Assembly (NCBI RefSeq): GCF_009914755.1
Contig: NC_060935.1
Reading direction: 5' to 3' (one strand)
DNA length: 64,000 nt
Source: the human T2T-CHM13v2.0 reference genome, Homo sapiens
Under the pieces are notes generated by a model that was given only the letters and a program-made list of their open reading frames with translations, was not told the DNA's origin and did no database searches. This document shows, in pieces, positions 58,241 through 64,000 of this stretch (position 1 is its first letter; every line of letters begins with the position of its first letter). Made by a program: the position numbers and the translations under genes.

Positions 58241-59485
58241 CATAATCTATTAACAGATAATTTTCAGAAAGGTAACATCCTGACTACCCAGCAAATATTA
58301 AGCTCATGTCAAAACTTTTATTCAACTCATTAGTTAATGAGGAAACCAGTAAGGTATTAAGACTGATTCTGAGAGTGTTTGAACAATTCATTTCTTATAA
58401 GCAATCTAACAAAGAAATGTTAGGATAAGATTGCCAAATTTGATTTAAAAAAACAAACAAACTGGTTATTGCCCAATAGACCATAACTCTTTGAGGTGAT
58501 CTGTTTCAAATGACAGAAATTATCTGCATCTCTACCGGACAGAAATCTGCAACTTAGCAGGTAACTTCCCTACAATTTAGCAAGCACTTCACTTAGCAGG
58601 TAATTAGTCTGGGACCTTTAATCAATAGTAAACAATGAACTAAGTACATTTCCCTACAATCCTAAGGTGGCCTTTGTTCCCATATGACATTAAAAGGATG
58701 TGCTGCTTGCGCTCAACTTATTTCTAGAATTTGAATTTTTCTAAAAATTCTAAATTTCATTGAAAAAAATCAACTTGAGAGTCACTAGGTAATTTTTGAA
58801 AAACAACAGCAAACACAAAGGAAGAACAATTTGCTTTACTTATTAAAACAAGGCTGGTAATAAAAGGAGGAGGATGACAGTCTTACCTTCTCGAAATTAT
58901 TGAAAGTCTGGCATCCGTTTTCAGCAGCCATCCCTGCTTTGAAACTTGGGCAATGGATATTTGCCCGTGCATAGCACGCTCTCATTCTCTCCCTCTCTCT
59001 CTCTCTCTCTCTCTGTTACTTAGAACTGCTGCCATCAAGAAAGCTGGCTCTCCTCTCTACCCCTTCCTCTACACCCAGTCCCACCATTTCCAATCTAGCT
59101 ATCACTAAAGCCCTAATAGGTAACACTTTGGTTTATTACATATAGCCTCTGTTCAAAGCACTTCTACGTGCATCAATACATTAAATACTCAACACAAACC
59201 TATGAGGTAGATTAATTGTCATCCCCACTTTACAGATAAGGAAATTAGAACACAGAGTTGCTATAACTTAAGCAAGGTCACGCACCTGGGTTCAAACCAA
59301 AGTCATCCTTGCTGTGTATTATTATTATTATTATACTAACCACTACCCTCTGCTTCCTGCAATGGGCAAAATCAGGCTGCCTGCAAAAGTGGCAGATGGG
59401 CAAAAGAGTACATTCACATCTTCCCTCATTTCCGCAGGTAACAGAAAATAATGGCAGGTTCTTCCCTGTTCATAAAAAATAACTA

Positions 59486-59891
<406 letters not shown>

Positions 59892-60529
59892 TCAAAGGAT
59901 ATGTACACCCTGAATTTTACAAAGGCACAGACTGCGATTGAGTAGCACAGAGTAAGAAGGGTGGGTGGACACCGTGCCCCGGGTAGATCTCTGAAAGTTT
60001 CACCCTATTAAGGGTGTCCTGCAAGATGCATACAGCTCCACATGGACAGAACCCCTCTGTTTTTGCACTTAGGAGACTTCTGATATACAGACTGAAATAG
60101 GGTGTCCACATATCTGTCTTTTTATTTCCCGGTTTATCCCTTACTTAGTGTTGCTCTCTGAGAAAGGATGCATGAGCCTAACTAATGCGTCTGAAATGCC
60201 TTTATTCTATACTTACCCTTGAAGGCATAGAATTCTGGGTGGAAATCATTTTCCTTAGAACTTTGAAGGCATACACCATTGTCACCTAATTCTCAAGGTT
60301 GCTGTTGAGAAATCTAAAGCCATGCTCATTTCTGATCTTTTGTTTCCTTTCTCTAGAAACTTTTTAGGATTTCTTCTTTAAGCTTGGTGTTTTCATAAAT
60401 CACGGTGTTGTTCTTTAATGTAGGTTTCCCCCAATCCATCTTGCTGGGCATTCGGTGTATTCTTGAATCTGGAAACTTACATTCCTCTTATGTTTGAAAG
60501 TTCTGGAGTTTGTTTTTTATTTCTTTTCT

Positions 60530-62100
<1,571 letters not shown>

Positions 62101-63228
62101 GACACAAGGAAAGCCCACTGAGGCCCTAATAATGCTTATGCTTTGGCTCCCGTTTAACCCAGTTCTTTGTCTTTATCATTGGCCAGAGCGCTGGAGGTGG
62201 GGAGGAGTGAGGGACATTTCTTACAGTCATCATGTTTGTAGCAGTCCTTCTCATCCAAATTAGACTGCTATTTTGAGGATTATTTTGGCATTTTTGGTGA
62301 AGTCTTTTCTTCAATTTAGAGACCCGTAGCAAATACCTATTTTCCCTTGCTTCTAGGAGCAAACTCATACCCATCATTCATACACAAAGTTGCAACATCT
62401 TTTTTTTTTTCCTCTTCACTTTCTCAATAGCTTTTGACCAAATGATATCCTGGAAGAAAACTGAACTGAAAGAATCAGGAGATCTGAGATTTCACCCAGA
62501 ATCTGCCAATAATGAGAAAACCCTGATCTCATTTGTGCAAATTAGGATGATTTGCCTTTTCAGATTCCTTTCTGCCCTGGTTCTGTGAGTACTGTTCTCC
62601 AGTCACATGTCCACCGATGCCCTGAGCACCGCTAAGGAAGGCACATGATGTTCTCAAAAGCTCTTTTTCCTCCCAGCCCTCCTGCACTTGTTTAATATGG
62701 GCAGTGTCCCTGTTGGGAGCTACGTTAGGGATGCCAGTGACTCTCCCCTCCCCAGGGTTCTTGCAAATAGAATAAAAATCAAAATGCAGTCTGAATGGGG
62801 GTCAAAGCTCTCTAGTGATAGCTACACAAAGAATTTACCTCATTCTTATTTGGACCAGGGTTGGTTTCTGATTGACCCAGAATCCAAGTCTAACTATTTC
62901 CTTACCAAATTAGTCTCTTCTAAAAGAGAATCCTCACATTGCTATTTAGCAGTCTTTCTTCGTGGTATACCACTTCATCATTCAGAAGTCTTAACATTCT
63001 TGATAACAATGTGTAGTTATAATACACAAAGGTATTGGCTAATTTTCTCTAGCAATTTCAAATCAGAGATTTCCTCTTGGTCATTTTGTATCTTCTTCAG
63101 GTAAAAAAACAAAAACAAAAACTGTATCTCTACCTTGCCCAAATCTCTGTGAGAAGTAAAAGAAAATAATCATTCCAATGTTTTGCTATGAGGCTGACAC
63201 CATTCAGATGACTGGCTGAAATTTTCAC

Positions 63229-63402
63229 TTTTTTTTTTTTTTTTTTTTTTTTTTTGTGAGACAGTCTTGCTCTTCCGCCCAGGCTGGAGTGCAGTGGCGC
63301 GATCTCGGTTCACTGCAACCTCCGCCTCCTGGTTTCAAGTGATTCTTGCGCCTCAGCCTCCTGAGTAGCTGGGATTACAGGCATGAGCCACTATGCCCGG
63401 CC
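63229..63402 (-). mobile_element. Monomer-length AluS hybrid (left-arm 5' end fused to right arm)
   Basis: Right-arm sequence to gctgggattacaggc, then left-arm start atgagccactatgcccggcc. Confidence 0.8.
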
Positions 63403-64000
63403 AGGTTCTCTTTTCAACCAAGTGTTTTGTGTGAGTTAGAGAGGGCTGGAGTTCTTCCATTTAGAATTGACCATCTAAGCAGCACTCCTGCTGTGGCAGG
63501 AAAGAGGCTGAAGAGCAACTTGAAAGGTACATGTATCTTGAAGTTTTGAACAGAAATATTAAATATTCAGCCTATCTGTCCTGCAGTCCCTACCTGATTT
63601 AGAAAGCAAATTAATACCACCAGATTGACTAGGAGTAAATATCTCATCTGAAGAAATATTATAGTGTGGCCATGGTAATACAATACTTATTTGTAGCAAC
63701 TAAAATATGTATCCTCTGGTATCCTCTTTGAGTGCTATGGATTGTTCCTAAAAAACCCCAAAAGTATTTTCAAATATTTTAGGTGATAAAAGTTTAGGGC
63801 TATGTTTGACTCCACATATTTTAATTCATGTTTGTGGATTTTTAAAATAAACTATTGGTTTCTTTTAACAATTAGTTTTCCTTATAAATATTTTTCATCA
63901 AGCATAAAAATTGTTTTACTATTTTAAAAAATAACAGCATACCACATAGTGGTCATTGTATGAAAATGGGCAATACTAAATGGGGGTTACATTAAGTATG

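Overview
Primate (human-like) genomic DNA rich in Alu, L1, L2, MIR, MaLR and hAT repeats. No intact protein-coding exon can be supported. A strong CpG island at about 44.1-45.6 kb holds two candidate alternative non-coding first exons of a minus-strand gene (donors after 45000 and 44658). Bases 1-44.6 kb look like that gene's long first intron; I could not identify the gene. Upstream (45.6-64 kb) are a candidate divergent + strand exon, a tailless 3'-truncated 5S rRNA retropseudogene, a candidate further minus-strand first exon (~58.9 kb) and a decayed processed KRAB-zinc-finger pseudogene resembling ZNF620. I see no evidence for a novel biological system. The most notable observations are retrotransposition and rearrangement fossils: an L1PA2 with a probable short 3' transduction, an ultra-short Alu insertion with an 18-bp TSD, internally deleted Alus, local duplications and the tailless 5S copy. 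Repeat subfamily calls and the ZNF620 match come from recalled consensus or protein sequences and need RepeatMasker/BLAST confirmation; most old-repeat boundaries are approximate.
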